Positions 1 through 8,876 of a DNA stretch of 64,000 nucleotides are shown here, in pieces (within the stretch, counting starts at the first letter, position 1; each line of letters begins with the position of its first letter). Source of the DNA: Draconibacterium orientale (lineage in GTDB: Bacteria; Bacteroidota; Bacteroidia; Bacteroidales; Prolixibacteraceae). A program made the translations under genes and the position numbers. The stretch covers positions 1,262 to 65,261 of the forward strand of contig DYSZ01000002.1 of NCBI GenBank assembly GCA_020726265.1. Direction: 5' to 3'. The notes beneath the pieces are model-generated. The model saw only the letters and a list, made by a program, of their open reading frames with translations. It was not told the DNA's origin and ran no database searches.

Positions 1-20
1 CAGCCATAAAAACCACACCC

Positions 21-401
21 ATGAAACAATTAAAATCAAAAAGAAATTTGGCCCGCAAAATCATCGGGGGATTGAGTTTTACCTCGACCCTACTTATTTT
101 CCAAGCTTGTTACGGTACGCCACAGGATTTTGAACCCGATTTGCTGATTGAAGGAAAAGTGAAAGCGCAGGCAACAGGATTGCCAATCAAAAGCATCTGT
201 GTTTCTGTGGTTGGTGAAGAACAGGATTTGCTGACCGACGAAGCCGGAACCTTTTCGTTTTACCTTTTAATGAAAGATTCGATTACGCTTCGGTTTGAAG
301 ACATCGATAATACTCAGAATGGCTCGTTTGCCTCCAAAGATTCTGTTTTAACAGATCTTTCAAATGAGGTTTTTGTAAATATTACTCTGCCCGAAAAGTA
401 G
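21..401 (+). CDS. putative lipoprotein partnered with radical SAM/SPASM enzyme
   Basis: 126-aa ORF with a signal peptide ending in the lipobox-like LIFQAC. Its stop TAG (399-401) directly abuts the ATG of the next gene at 402. The pairing recalls the TIGRFAMs rSAM/lipoprotein system of Bacteroidota. Confidence 0.6.
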   Translation: MKQLKSKRNLARKIIGGLSFTSTLLIFQACYGTPQDFEPDLLIEGKVKAQATGLPIKSICVSVVGEEQDLLTDEAGTFSFYLLMKDSITLRFEDIDNTQNGSFASKDSVLTDLSNEVFVNITLPEK

Positions 402-1478
402 ATGCTTTCCATAATAAAACAGAGTCTGTTCCGGAGATTTCGAGAGTCGGAAACCAAACTGCACGAACTCAGCTATCTTTTCTGGGAATGTACAACACAG
501 TGCAATTTAAGCTGTTTGCATTGTGGCAGTGATTGTTCACAAAACAGTTTACATAACGACATGCCGGCAGAAGATTTTCTGAAAGCTTTGGATACAATCA
601 AAAATCCTGTGCCTGGTTTTACCGTGGTTTTTACCGGTGGCGAGCCGCTTTTGCGCACCGATATTGAAATGTGTGGCAGGGAAATCAGGAAACGGGGCAT
701 GCGCTGGTCGATGGTTACCAACGGACTTTTATACACAAAAGAACGACATGTTTCGCTGCTGAATGCCGGAATGGGCGCTTTGACCATCAGCCTCGATGGA
801 TTGCAGGAATCGCACAACTGGTTAAGAAACAGGGCAAACAGCTACTTAAAAACGGTGGATGCGATTGCGCTGGCAGCCAGTTCTTCGCGGTTGAATTTTG
901 ATGTGGTTACCTGTGTAAACCAGCGCAACATCCAGGAACTTGCCAAAATCAGGGAATTACTAATGGGAAAAAAGGTAAAAGCATGGCGGTTGTTCACCAT
1001 TATCCCCATTGGAAGGGCAGTTAACCACAGCGAGTTGTCGCTGACCGACGCTCAATTTGTTGAATTGATGGATTTTATTGCCGAATCGCGAAAAAGCAAC
1101 ACCATTGATGTAAAATTCAGTTGTGAAGGTTTTGTGGGAAACTACGAACCAAAAGTACGCGACAGCAGTTTTTTCTGTAGGGCAGGAATCAATATTGGCT
1201 CAATACTGATTGACGGTTCCATTTCGGCTTGTCCGAATATCGACAGTTCGTTTGCGCAGGGCAATATTTACACCGATAATTTTTATGAAACATGGGAGAC
1301 AAAATTCCAGCCATTCAGAAACCGCAACTGGACAAAAACCGGGAAATGTGCTTCGTGTAGCAACTACAAAGATTGTAATGGAAACGGATTCCATAATTGG
1401 CACGGCGACAAACAACAGGTTCTGGTTTGCCATAACGAAAAGATTATGAATGGGTTGAAAATTAAGGATAATATTTAA
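402..1478 (+). CDS. radical SAM enzyme with C-terminal SPASM domain
   Basis: CNLSCLHC (CxxxCxxC) near the N-terminus and a GGEPLL motif. Cys-rich C-terminus (CRAG...ACPN...CASCSNYKDC) is typical of SPASM auxiliary clusters. Confidence 0.85.
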   Translation: MLSIIKQSLFRRFRESETKLHELSYLFWECTTQCNLSCLHCGSDCSQNSLHNDMPAEDFLKALDTIKNPVPGFTVVFTGGEPLLRTDIEMCGREIRKRGMRWSMVTNGLLYTKERHVSLLNAGMGALTISLDGLQESHNWLRNRANSYLKTVDAIALAASSSRLNFDVVTCVNQRNIQELAKIRELLMGKKVKAWRLFTIIPIGRAVNHSELSLTDAQFVELMDFIAESRKSNTIDVKFSCEGFVGNYEPKVRDSSFFCRAGINIGSILIDGSISACPNIDSSFAQGNIYTDNFYETWETKFQPFRNRNWTKTGKCASCSNYKDCNGNGFHNWHGDKQQVLVCHNEKIMNGLKIKDNI

Positions 1479-1524
1479 TGCCGTTTAGTTAAGCAAAGAA
1501 GTAAATGTAACAGGAGTTAGAACA

Positions 1525-1605
1525 CCCTTCGACTTCGCTCTCGCCTGAGGCGAGACTGTCAGACTGAGCGAAGTCCCCGCCTGACTGGATGGGCAGGGAA
1601 GTCTG
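1525..1605. repeat. nested palindromic (REP/MITE-like) element, 'cttcgac..gctcag' family
   Basis: gacttcgctc (1531-1540) pairs with gagcgaagtc (1566-1575). Inner hairpin tcgcc-tga-ggcga. Shares gactgtcagactgagcg.agtc with the reverse complement of the 5181-5225 element. Confidence 0.6.
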
Positions 1606-1629
1606 GTTTCACTAATAAACAATCTTGGA

Positions 1630-3252
1630 TTAATATTTATATTCAGCGTCATTCGTTTCGTCACCTGAACTATTTTGAAATGCTTCCGCGTTTTCCGATG
1701 CTGTAGTCTGGTAAAAGAAAAACTCTTCTGTGGTATCTTTGAAGATTCGGCCATTGATTCCGGAATAAGCTGAAATCCCAAACGGTGAAGGCCCGGAACT
1801 GCCATCCATTCCGCGGCTGCCCGACGGGTTGCCAAAACCACCGTTGGCTCCACTGCCGCCACTTCCGGCATTGCCGTGAAAACCCCCGGAGCCGCCATGA
1901 TTTCTGGCTGTAAATAAATAATCAAACGGTGCTGCATCGTCGGTAAAATGGAAGTAAATATAGCCGCCATCGCCGCCATCGCCGCCAAATCCGCCACCGC
2001 CGCCGTCCCCGCCGTTGCCCCCGTTCTCTCCGGGTTCCTGGTGGCTGATGGTTACATTTTCCTGAACCACCACATCAACATAAACCGTTTCAGTGGTCTG
2101 CACATCCACTTCCACTTCCGTCACATTTCCATCGGCATCAGTCACCTGTTTTTTTTCTTTCTTCGTTACAACACGGGTTTGAGGTTTCTTTTCAATCTTT
2201 TCCACCAAAACGGTCTCGTACCATATTTCTCCGTCGCGGCCGTTTCCTCCGTTGCCACCGCGTCCGCCATCACCGCCGTGTCCGCCGCTTCCGCCAATTG
2301 CATGAATGGCAAGGCTTCCGCCGTCGGGATTTATCAGCATAAATTTTTCCTGGCCAGTCCACAGGTTTTGCTTGTACACATACAACAGGTTGCAATTCAA
2401 AATCGAATCGAAATATAGATCGACCCAAACACCCACATCGGGCGCGTGGTCGCCTTGCCCGCCATCCTGACCAAACCCGCCGGAGCCGCCATCGCACCCG
2501 GGAGCGCCGCTTGAACCGCTTGCACCCGAAATACCCCAGCTTCCGCTATGGCCGCTGAGATTGAGTACATAATTTTGTTTATAATCAAGCAGCACCGAAA
2601 AAGTATCGGCAGCCGCAGGGTTCAAAACCGGTGTTACAACAAGCGCTGCGGTATGGTTTTCGATATTCAGAAAATCGGGGTCAATGGTGAATTTTCCTTT
2701 TTGCCAGCGGCCTCCCGAGGTAACGAAACTGAAATTTTCAGTCTGGTTTTCCGTGCGCAGTTTTTCGGTTACACGGGTTATTCCATTATCGTAAACCGAA
2801 ACAATTTTGCCTTCAATTATACTTCCCGGCGATTTGGTAAAAGGCAATTCGGGAATAAACTCAACCGATGTTTCATAGTTGAGCGGAATCAACATCCGTT
2901 CCTTTATTTCAGGCTGTTTGTTGCACGAAACTTTCACCTCAATGTATTTCCCGAAAGACGGTACAAGCTTTTTGCTCACTTCAATTTTATTTCCTTTGAA
3001 TTCTCCACCTGTAACCGTAACGCGGTAGCGCCCCCACGAAACATTTCCACCGGGCGTTCCGCGGGTTTTGCGGATTTTACTATCAGGGTGGTACGAAACA
3101 ATTGTTATACTGAACTTTTCGCCGGGTAAAACCAACTGGTCTTTGTTGTATTCAACTCTGATTGAATCGATTTTAAAGGCGAAAACAATTTGTACGGCAC
3201 TTGTTAAAACCAGGAGGGTAAATGCAATTTTCAGAAAGTAGAATGTTTTCAT
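1630..3252 (-). CDS. secreted glycine-rich repeat protein (hypothetical)
   Basis: 540-aa ORF with an N-terminal signal peptide (MKTFYFLKIAFTLLVLTSAVQIVFA). Four blocks of Gly-Gly-X / Gly-X-X triplets, e.g. GGSGGHGGDGGRGGNGGNGRDG and GENGGNGGDGGGGGFGGDGGDGG. Confidence 0.7.
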   Translation of the reverse strand: MKTFYFLKIAFTLLVLTSAVQIVFAFKIDSIRVEYNKDQLVLPGEKFSITIVSYHPDSKIRKTRGTPGGNVSWGRYRVTVTGGEFKGNKIEVSKKLVPSFGKYIEVKVSCNKQPEIKERMLIPLNYETSVEFIPELPFTKSPGSIIEGKIVSVYDNGITRVTEKLRTENQTENFSFVTSGGRWQKGKFTIDPDFLNIENHTAALVVTPVLNPAAADTFSVLLDYKQNYVLNLSGHSGSWGISGASGSSGAPGCDGGSGGFGQDGGQGDHAPDVGVWVDLYFDSILNCNLLYVYKQNLWTGQEKFMLINPDGGSLAIHAIGGSGGHGGDGGRGGNGGNGRDGEIWYETVLVEKIEKKPQTRVVTKKEKKQVTDADGNVTEVEVDVQTTETVYVDVVVQENVTISHQEPGENGGNGGDGGGGGFGGDGGDGGYIYFHFTDDAAPFDYLFTARNHGGSGGFHGNAGSGGSGANGGFGNPSGSRGMDGSSGPSPFGISAYSGINGRIFKDTTEEFFFYQTTASENAEAFQNSSGDETNDAEYKY

Positions 3253-3387
3253 AGCCGCCGGTTTTTAAGTTTATGATAACCCGGAAAATCAAAAACCGTT
3301 CCATGTATTGTTTAGTTAAACTATATTTTTAACAATCCGATTTTCTAATCTTCAAAAATTCTGATTTTCTAATCTTCTTTTTAAGGA

Positions 3388-3395
3388 TATCTTTG
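3388..3395 (+). promoter_or_regulatory. candidate Bacteroidota -7 promoter box (TAtcTTTG)
   Basis: Matches the TAnnTTTG consensus 13 nt upstream of the ATG at 3409. Preceded by the direct repeat gattttctaatcttc x2. Confidence 0.4.
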
Positions 3396-3408
3396 AAAGC
3401 AAAAAAGT

Positions 3409-4062
3409 ATGTCTCGTTTTACCCACATTATTTTCGACCTCGATGGTACTTTAACCGATAACACCCGTGGAATCAGCAATGCAGTGCGATACGCACTCCG
3501 TAAAATGAATGTACCTGAATGTACAGATGAAACGGTACGTCAATTTATCGGGCCACCCATTCAATGGAGTTTTAAAAACCATTTTGGCATGAACGAGCGC
3601 GAAGTGGCGCTGGCCGTGGATTTTTTCCGCGAGTATTTTAACGAAAAAGGGTGGTACGAAAATGAGCCCTATACAGGCGTAAACGAAATGCTGGAGGAAC
3701 TCTATAATTCAGGTAAAAAGCTGTATCTGGCCACTGCCAAACTCGAAAAGTTTGCCGAAAGGATTCTTACCCATTTTGGTTTCGACCGGTACATTTCGGG
3801 GTTTGTTGGTGCTGATTATTTTGGGAATAAAGCAGAGAAAAATGCGCTGATTGCTTCGCTGCTTGAGAAAGAACGGATTTCAGCATCTGAAAAGGTTGTA
3901 ATGGTGGGTGATACGGTTTACGATATTGAAGGCGGCAAATCCAACGGACTTTCAACAGTTGCCGTTTTTTATGGTTTTGGCGAATCCGAGGAGCTCCGTG
4001 CCACCAATCCCGATTTTCAGGCAGAGAGTGTGGAGAAGTTGTTCGAGGTTTTAAGTGTGTAA
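3409..4062 (+). CDS. HAD-superfamily hydrolase (phosphoglycolate phosphatase-like)
   Basis: N-terminal FDLDGTLTD motif, and VGDTVYDIEGG near the C-terminus. Confidence 0.8.
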   Translation: MSRFTHIIFDLDGTLTDNTRGISNAVRYALRKMNVPECTDETVRQFIGPPIQWSFKNHFGMNEREVALAVDFFREYFNEKGWYENEPYTGVNEMLEELYNSGKKLYLATAKLEKFAERILTHFGFDRYISGFVGADYFGNKAEKNALIASLLEKERISASEKVVMVGDTVYDIEGGKSNGLSTVAVFYGFGESEELRATNPDFQAESVEKLFEVLSV

Positions 4063-4138
4063 CCCACCTTATATTAACGAATGATGATTTTGGGAAGAAG
4101 CAACAAGCATTCCACGCTGAAAATTCGACTGGCAGATA

Positions 4139-4158
4139 AATCTGTGAATCTGTGGCAT
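4139..4158. repeat. half copy of 'gccacagattcacagatt' palindromic repeat family
   Basis: aatctgtgaatctgtggcat matches the right arm of the full palindromes at 9749-9806 and 13059-13117. Confidence 0.55.
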
Positions 4159-4210
4159 TAATAAAAATTATTGTAATTCGTTTTGTAAATTTCAGCCTAA
4201 AATCTGAACA

Positions 4211-5122
4211 ATGAAAACACCACCACCCATAAAACCCGGCGATAAAATCCGCATTGTTTCGCCAGCCGGAAAGGTTGCTGAAAAGTATGTGCTTCCGGCA
4301 GTTGAATGGCTTACCCGCCAAGGCTACAAAGTTGAATTGGGCAAACATGTTTTTGCCGGCCATTTTCAGTTTGCCGGCACCGACAACGAGCGTTTCGAAG
4401 ATTTACAAACCGCACTTGATGACCCCGAAACGGCAGCGATTATCTGCTCGCGCGGCGGTTACGGAACAGTTCGGATTATCGATAAACTCGATTTCAGCGG
4501 ATTTAGAAACAATCCGAATTGGCTGGTGGGTTTCAGTGATATCACCATTTTACACACCTGCATCAATAACCTCGGGGTGGCCACCATTCATGGCACCATG
4601 CCGCGCTACTTCTTCGACGATAACAACCTGCCCACTGAAAACCTTGAAACATTGATGCAACTGCTCAACGTGCAACCTGTTCAATATAAAATTCCAGGTC
4701 AGGATTTCAATCGGTATGGAAAAGCCACTGCCGAACTTGTTGGCGGAAATCTTTCTATTATTTCAAGCTTGCAGGGAACCAGATACGAACTCGATACCCG
4801 TGGCAAAATTCTTTTTCTTGAAGATATCGACGAATTTTTGTACCACACCGACCGCATGATTCATCAACTGAAACTTTCAGGGAAACTGAATAAACTGGCT
4901 GGCATAATTGTTGGCGATTTTACCGACATGAAAGACAACGAATCGCCTTTTGGAAAAACTGTTCACGAAATTATTGCTGAAGCGGTTGCTGAATTTGATT
5001 ACCCGGTTTGTTTTGGTTTTCCTGCTGGTCACGACAAACGAAACCTGGCGCTGGCATTCGGCAAAACCTGGAAAATGGAAGTCGCTGAAAAAGGAGTAGC
5101 TATTGAAATGATTTACGATTGA
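4211..5122 (+). CDS. ldcA: LD-carboxypeptidase (peptidase S66, muramoyltetrapeptide carboxypeptidase)
   Basis: GFSDITILH nucleophile motif, EDIDE, and a C-terminal GFPAGH motif. 303 aa. Confidence 0.8.
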   Translation: MKTPPPIKPGDKIRIVSPAGKVAEKYVLPAVEWLTRQGYKVELGKHVFAGHFQFAGTDNERFEDLQTALDDPETAAIICSRGGYGTVRIIDKLDFSGFRNNPNWLVGFSDITILHTCINNLGVATIHGTMPRYFFDDNNLPTENLETLMQLLNVQPVQYKIPGQDFNRYGKATAELVGGNLSIISSLQGTRYELDTRGKILFLEDIDEFLYHTDRMIHQLKLSGKLNKLAGIIVGDFTDMKDNESPFGKTVHEIIAEAVAEFDYPVCFGFPAGHDKRNLALAFGKTWKMEVAEKGVAIEMIYD

Positions 5123-5152
5123 AGCCCCGAAATATCGGGGGATGATTAACGA

Positions 5153-5276
5153 TTCAATGTCGTTTAATTAGCAAAACAGACTTCGACTACGCTCAGTCTG
5201 ACAGTCACCCTGAGCGTAGTCGAAGGGTGATTTCAATTCAGATTCATCAGCTTTATTTCTAAACTAAACGACATTG
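5153..5276. repeat. nested palindromic MITE-like element
   Basis: Outer inverted repeat tcaatgtcgttta (5153-5165) / taaacgacattga (5264-5276). It encloses a perfect 16-bp inverted repeat cttcgactacgctcag (5181-5196) / ctgagcgtagtcgaag (5210-5225). Confidence 0.65.
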
Positions 5277-5391
5277 ATTAACGATTTGTGATTTAAACAA
5301 AAAACAAAATAAGAAATCAGGAATGAAAAGCAACTTCGGACTCCCGACTTCTGACTTTCTTTAAACTTTAAACCAAAAATTTTAAACTAAC

Positions 5392-5754
5392 ATGGCCACT
5401 CAACAGGAAATAGGCGAAAAAGGCGAACAATTAGCGCAAAAACATTTGCTCGGACTCGGATATAAAATCAGGGAAACCAACTACCAATACGGACATCTTG
5501 AACTTGATATTGTAGCACAGGATGGCGACGAACTGGTGATAGTGGAGGTAAAAGCCCGCAGCGGGTTACGTTACGAACACCCATCGGAAGCAGTTACAAA
5601 CCAGAAAATCAAACGAATTGTGGAAGCCGCCGACGGTTATGTGCAACGCATCAACTGGCAGGGCGACACCCGTTTCGACATAATCACTGTCATCTTTTTT
5701 GGCGATAATTTTGAACTTGAGCATTTTAAAGATGCTTTTTACCCAACACTTTAA
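5392..5754 (+). CDS. YraN-family endonuclease (UPF0102)
   Basis: GEKGEQLAQKHL...GYKI...ELDIVAQDGDELVIVEVKAR is typical of the YraN family. 120 aa. Confidence 0.8.
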   Translation: MATQQEIGEKGEQLAQKHLLGLGYKIRETNYQYGHLELDIVAQDGDELVIVEVKARSGLRYEHPSEAVTNQKIKRIVEAADGYVQRINWQGDTRFDIITVIFFGDNFELEHFKDAFYPTL

Positions 5755-5822
5755 AAAAATGCAGGGTTCCTGCTGATTGTATGCTTAAAAAATTATTTTT
5801 ACCCTAACTAAACTGATTTTGT

Positions 5823-6176
5823 ATGAATGCAGAAGAACTCCGTGAATATTGCCTGTCGCTGAAAGGCGTAACTGAAGATTTTCCGTTTGATGAGGAAACA
5901 CTGGTTTTTAAAGTTGCCGATAAAATGTTTTGCCTGATAAATCTCGACGGTCAACTTTCGGTTAACCTGAAAAATGAGCCGGATAAGAATATCGAACTCC
6001 GGGAGCAATACAATAGCATAAAACCAGGGTACCATATGAGCAAAATTCACTGGAATACTGTGGAAATTGATGGCTCGCTGCCCGACGACCTGGTAAAAAC
6101 ACTGATTGACGAATCGTATGACCTGGTTGTGATGAAATTAAAACGGCACGAGCAACAGTTGTTGAAAAATTATTAA
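5823..6176 (+). CDS. MmcQ/YjbR-family DNA-binding protein
   Basis: The LREYCLSLKGVTEDFPFDEETLVFKV..KMFCL signature resembles the YjbR family. 117 aa. Confidence 0.7.
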   Translation: MNAEELREYCLSLKGVTEDFPFDEETLVFKVADKMFCLINLDGQLSVNLKNEPDKNIELREQYNSIKPGYHMSKIHWNTVEIDGSLPDDLVKTLIDESYDLVVMKLKRHEQQLLKNY

Positions 6177-6178
6177 CG

Positions 6179-7261
6179 ATGAATATGAAAAAAATACTGA
6201 TTTTGGTACTGGCATTTTCTCTGTCGGGAACAATTTATGCACAAACAGAGAAAGAGGTTTTCATCCTCGAAAAAGAGATAAAACATTTGCCGGTAATCAG
6301 TCAGGGCAGCACCGGAACCTGCTGGAGTTTTGCAACCACAAGTTTTATCGAATCCGAAATAATCAGAACAGGAATGCCCAAAACCGACCTCTCCGAGATG
6401 TTTTTTGTATATCACGGCTACCTGAACAAGGCGAAACAATACCTGATGTACCAGGGAAACAACAACTTCGGGCAAGGTGGACAGGCACACGATGTTTTTG
6501 ATGTAATAAGAACCGAAGGCGTGGTTCCGCAATCTGCTTTTGAAGGAGAAAAGGAGGATGGTAAATACAAGCATGGCAAATTAGTTGGTGAAGTTAAAGC
6601 GGAGGTTGATTCTATCAACCTCAAGCGAAAAGACTTTGATATTGAAGATTTAAAATCGCTGGAATCGATATTGAAAAATTACATTGGCAAAGTTCCGGGG
6701 AAGGTTAGAACCGAAGATGGGAAAGAGAATCCGGTGGAGTTTTTTCAACAGTTAAAAATCAACCCCGATGATTATATTGAAATAACATCATACACCCATC
6801 ATCCTTTCTACAAGCCTTTTGTACTCGAAGTGCCCGACAACTGGGCTCATGCGCTGTATTACAATGTGCCTTTAAACGAGTTGATGGAAATAATGGATTA
6901 TGCACTCAACAACGGATTTTCGGTTTGCTGGGATGGAGACACAAGTGAAAAAACCTTTACCCATAAAAAGGGAAAAGCCGATGTGGATGAAAAACACATC
7001 GGGAAGGTTGACCAGGAATTACGGCAAAAAACCTATTTCAACCGCACCACCACCGACGACCACCTGATGCACATTGTCGGGTTATCGAAAGACGGCAGCG
7101 GCAGAAAATGCTATTACACAAAAAACTCATGGGGAGAAACAAGTAACGAATATGGTGGTTACCTGCACATGACCGAAGATTATGTGCAGTTGAAAACCAT
7201 CGCAATTATGGTTCATAAAAACGCAATTCCAAAACACATTCAGGAGAAAATACAATGGTAA
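6179..7261 (+). CDS. C1-family cysteine peptidase (aminopeptidase C / bleomycin hydrolase-like), secreted
   Basis: Signal peptide, and the QGSTGTCWSFA papain-type catalytic Cys motif. 360 aa. Confidence 0.75.
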   Translation: MNMKKILILVLAFSLSGTIYAQTEKEVFILEKEIKHLPVISQGSTGTCWSFATTSFIESEIIRTGMPKTDLSEMFFVYHGYLNKAKQYLMYQGNNNFGQGGQAHDVFDVIRTEGVVPQSAFEGEKEDGKYKHGKLVGEVKAEVDSINLKRKDFDIEDLKSLESILKNYIGKVPGKVRTEDGKENPVEFFQQLKINPDDYIEITSYTHHPFYKPFVLEVPDNWAHALYYNVPLNELMEIMDYALNNGFSVCWDGDTSEKTFTHKKGKADVDEKHIGKVDQELRQKTYFNRTTTDDHLMHIVGLSKDGSGRKCYYTKNSWGETSNEYGGYLHMTEDYVQLKTIAIMVHKNAIPKHIQEKIQW

Positions 7262-7476
7262 CACGCACTTTTAAACTGAAATCGGAATACATTGAGTTGG
7301 TGAAACTCATTAAATTACTGGGTATTGCCGAGACCGGCGGACATGCAAAAAACATGATTGACGAAGGTGAAGTGATGCTTAACGGAATCCGTGAATCGCG
7401 CAAACGGGCAAAACTCAGGCCCGGCGATAAAGTGGAAATGGCTGATATTACAATCCTGATTGAAGCAGGAAATTAA
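7255..7476 (+). CDS. S4-domain RNA-binding protein (YbcJ-like)
   Basis: 73 aa. GGHAKNMIDEGEVMLNGIRESRKRAKLRPGDKV resembles the small S4 domain family. Confidence 0.65.
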   Translation: MVTRTFKLKSEYIELVKLIKLLGIAETGGHAKNMIDEGEVMLNGIRESRKRAKLRPGDKVEMADITILIEAGN

Positions 7477-7483
7477 ATACGCA

Positions 7484-7516
7484 AAAAAGCCGGAATTTCA
7501 AAATTCCGGCTTTTTA
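7484..7516. terminator. bidirectional rho-independent terminator
   Basis: aaaaaa-gccggaattt-ca-aaattccggc-ttttt, between convergent genes. Confidence 0.75.
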
Positions 7517-7538
7517 AAACTTAAATTTTTACCTTTTT

Positions 7539-7775
7539 TCAGGCTGTTTTTCCAAGGTACTGAATGGTTTTTTCCACATTTTCAAGTTTTACCAACTCAT
7601 CATCTTTTATCGAAATGTTAAACATCCCTTCAAGATAATAGGCAAACAACGACCAGTCGGTGGCATCGAACTGCATATCGCTGGTAAACGATGAGTCAGG
7701 TGAAATGTCCCGTTTCTGAACTCCTGTTTTTCTTAAAACCCTGTAAAGGTCTCTTCTGATTCTTTTTTCTTCCAT
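7539..7775 (-). CDS. small acyl-carrier-protein-like protein lacking the canonical Ser (hypothetical)
   Basis: 78 aa. The helix pattern ..DMQFDATDWSLFAYYLEGMFNISI..VEKTIQYL resembles ACP, but DSLD is replaced by DATD. Confidence 0.35.
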   Translation of the reverse strand: MEEKRIRRDLYRVLRKTGVQKRDISPDSSFTSDMQFDATDWSLFAYYLEGMFNISIKDDELVKLENVEKTIQYLGKTA

Positions 7776-8054
7776 TGCTTTGTTGTTCTAAAAAAGCCGA
7801 ACAAATGGTTCAACGGGTCAAATATAAATATAATAAACTGCAGATGTTATGTGTTACCACTATTTAACTGTAAAGATATTTTGTAAATCACTGTATTACA
7901 GACGAGTGAATTGTTTGTGTTTTTTTATCATAAAAGAATTTAACATTCATTTAATTGAAGTCAGCCGGCAGAGATTATTTTCAACTTTTTATCTTTACGC
8001 CGAAATCGGGAAAAAAACGGACAACAATTGATTAGAAATTCAAATCGGAAACTG

Positions 8055-8876
8055 ATGAAAAATATACAACTGCTGGTGTTGATAACGCTGATGATAACAG
8101 GCATTTCGTGTGGAGGAAGCGATAAAAAGTCGGATGAAAAACTTGCACTGATAAAAACAGAGTTTGGTAATATAAAAGTGAAATTATACAACGATACACC
8201 AAAACACCGCGATAACTTTATAAAATTGGTGAGCGAGGGTTTTTATACCGATTTGCTGTTTCACCGCGTAATCAACAAATTTATGATACAAGCCGGCGAC
8301 CCGAATTCGCGTACTGCTGCGCCGGGAGTACAGCTCGGAAATGGCGGCCCCGGATATACCATTCCGGCCGAAATTTTACCTGCGCATTTCCACAAAAAGG
8401 GAGTTCTGGCAGCTGCCCGGCTGGGCGGTCCAAAAAACCCGATGAAAGAGTCGAGCGGTTCGCAGTTTTACATTGTGCAAGGTTTGGTTTTTCGTCCGGG
8501 GCAGCTCGATACACTTGAAATTACAATGAATGCCCGATTAAAAGACCAGCTCCTCCGGGAGAATTTTGATGCTTCAAAACCACAGTTGGCGGAGTTTCAG
8601 GCAAAAAATGACAAGCCGGGGTTCGATTTATTTGTGACCCGAATCCGTGAAAAAACTGACAGCATTTATGCCACAAAACCACAGTTCAAACTTACTCCAG
8701 AACAGCGGAAGGCATACACTACTATTGGCGGCTATCCATCGCTCGATGGCGAATACACTGTGTTTGGCGAAGTGGTTGAGGGCCTCGAAGTAATTGATAA
8801 GATTGCCGTTGTTGAAGTTGATGGCGCAAATCGCCCGAAAACCGATGTGCGAATGAAAATTGAACTGGCTAAATAA
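8055..8876 (+). CDS. cyclophilin-type peptidylprolyl isomerase, lipoprotein
   Basis: Start moved to MKNIQLL..ITGISCGG (lipobox). Motifs FHRVINKFMIQAGDP, SGSQFYIV and YTVFGEVVEG. Confidence 0.85.
   Translation: MKNIQLLVLITLMITGISCGGSDKKSDEKLALIKTEFGNIKVKLYNDTPKHRDNFIKLVSEGFYTDLLFHRVINKFMIQAGDPNSRTAAPGVQLGNGGPGYTIPAEILPAHFHKKGVLAAARLGGPKNPMKESSGSQFYIVQGLVFRPGQLDTLEITMNARLKDQLLRENFDASKPQLAEFQAKNDKPGFDLFVTRIREKTDSIYATKPQFKLTPEQRKAYTTIGGYPSLDGEYTVFGEVVEGLEVIDKIAVVEVDGANRPKTDVRMKIELAK

Noticed and set aside
1485-3129. Several long ORFs overlapping or antisense to the glycine-rich gene (1485-1997, 1948-2418, 2270-2497, 2397-2588, 2548-3129).
   Set aside because: They arise because GGN/GCC-rich triplet repeats are stop-poor in several frames. 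Their products are low-complexity Ala/Arg/Pro strings with no start context. Only the 540-aa ORF has a signal peptide and coherent domain structure.
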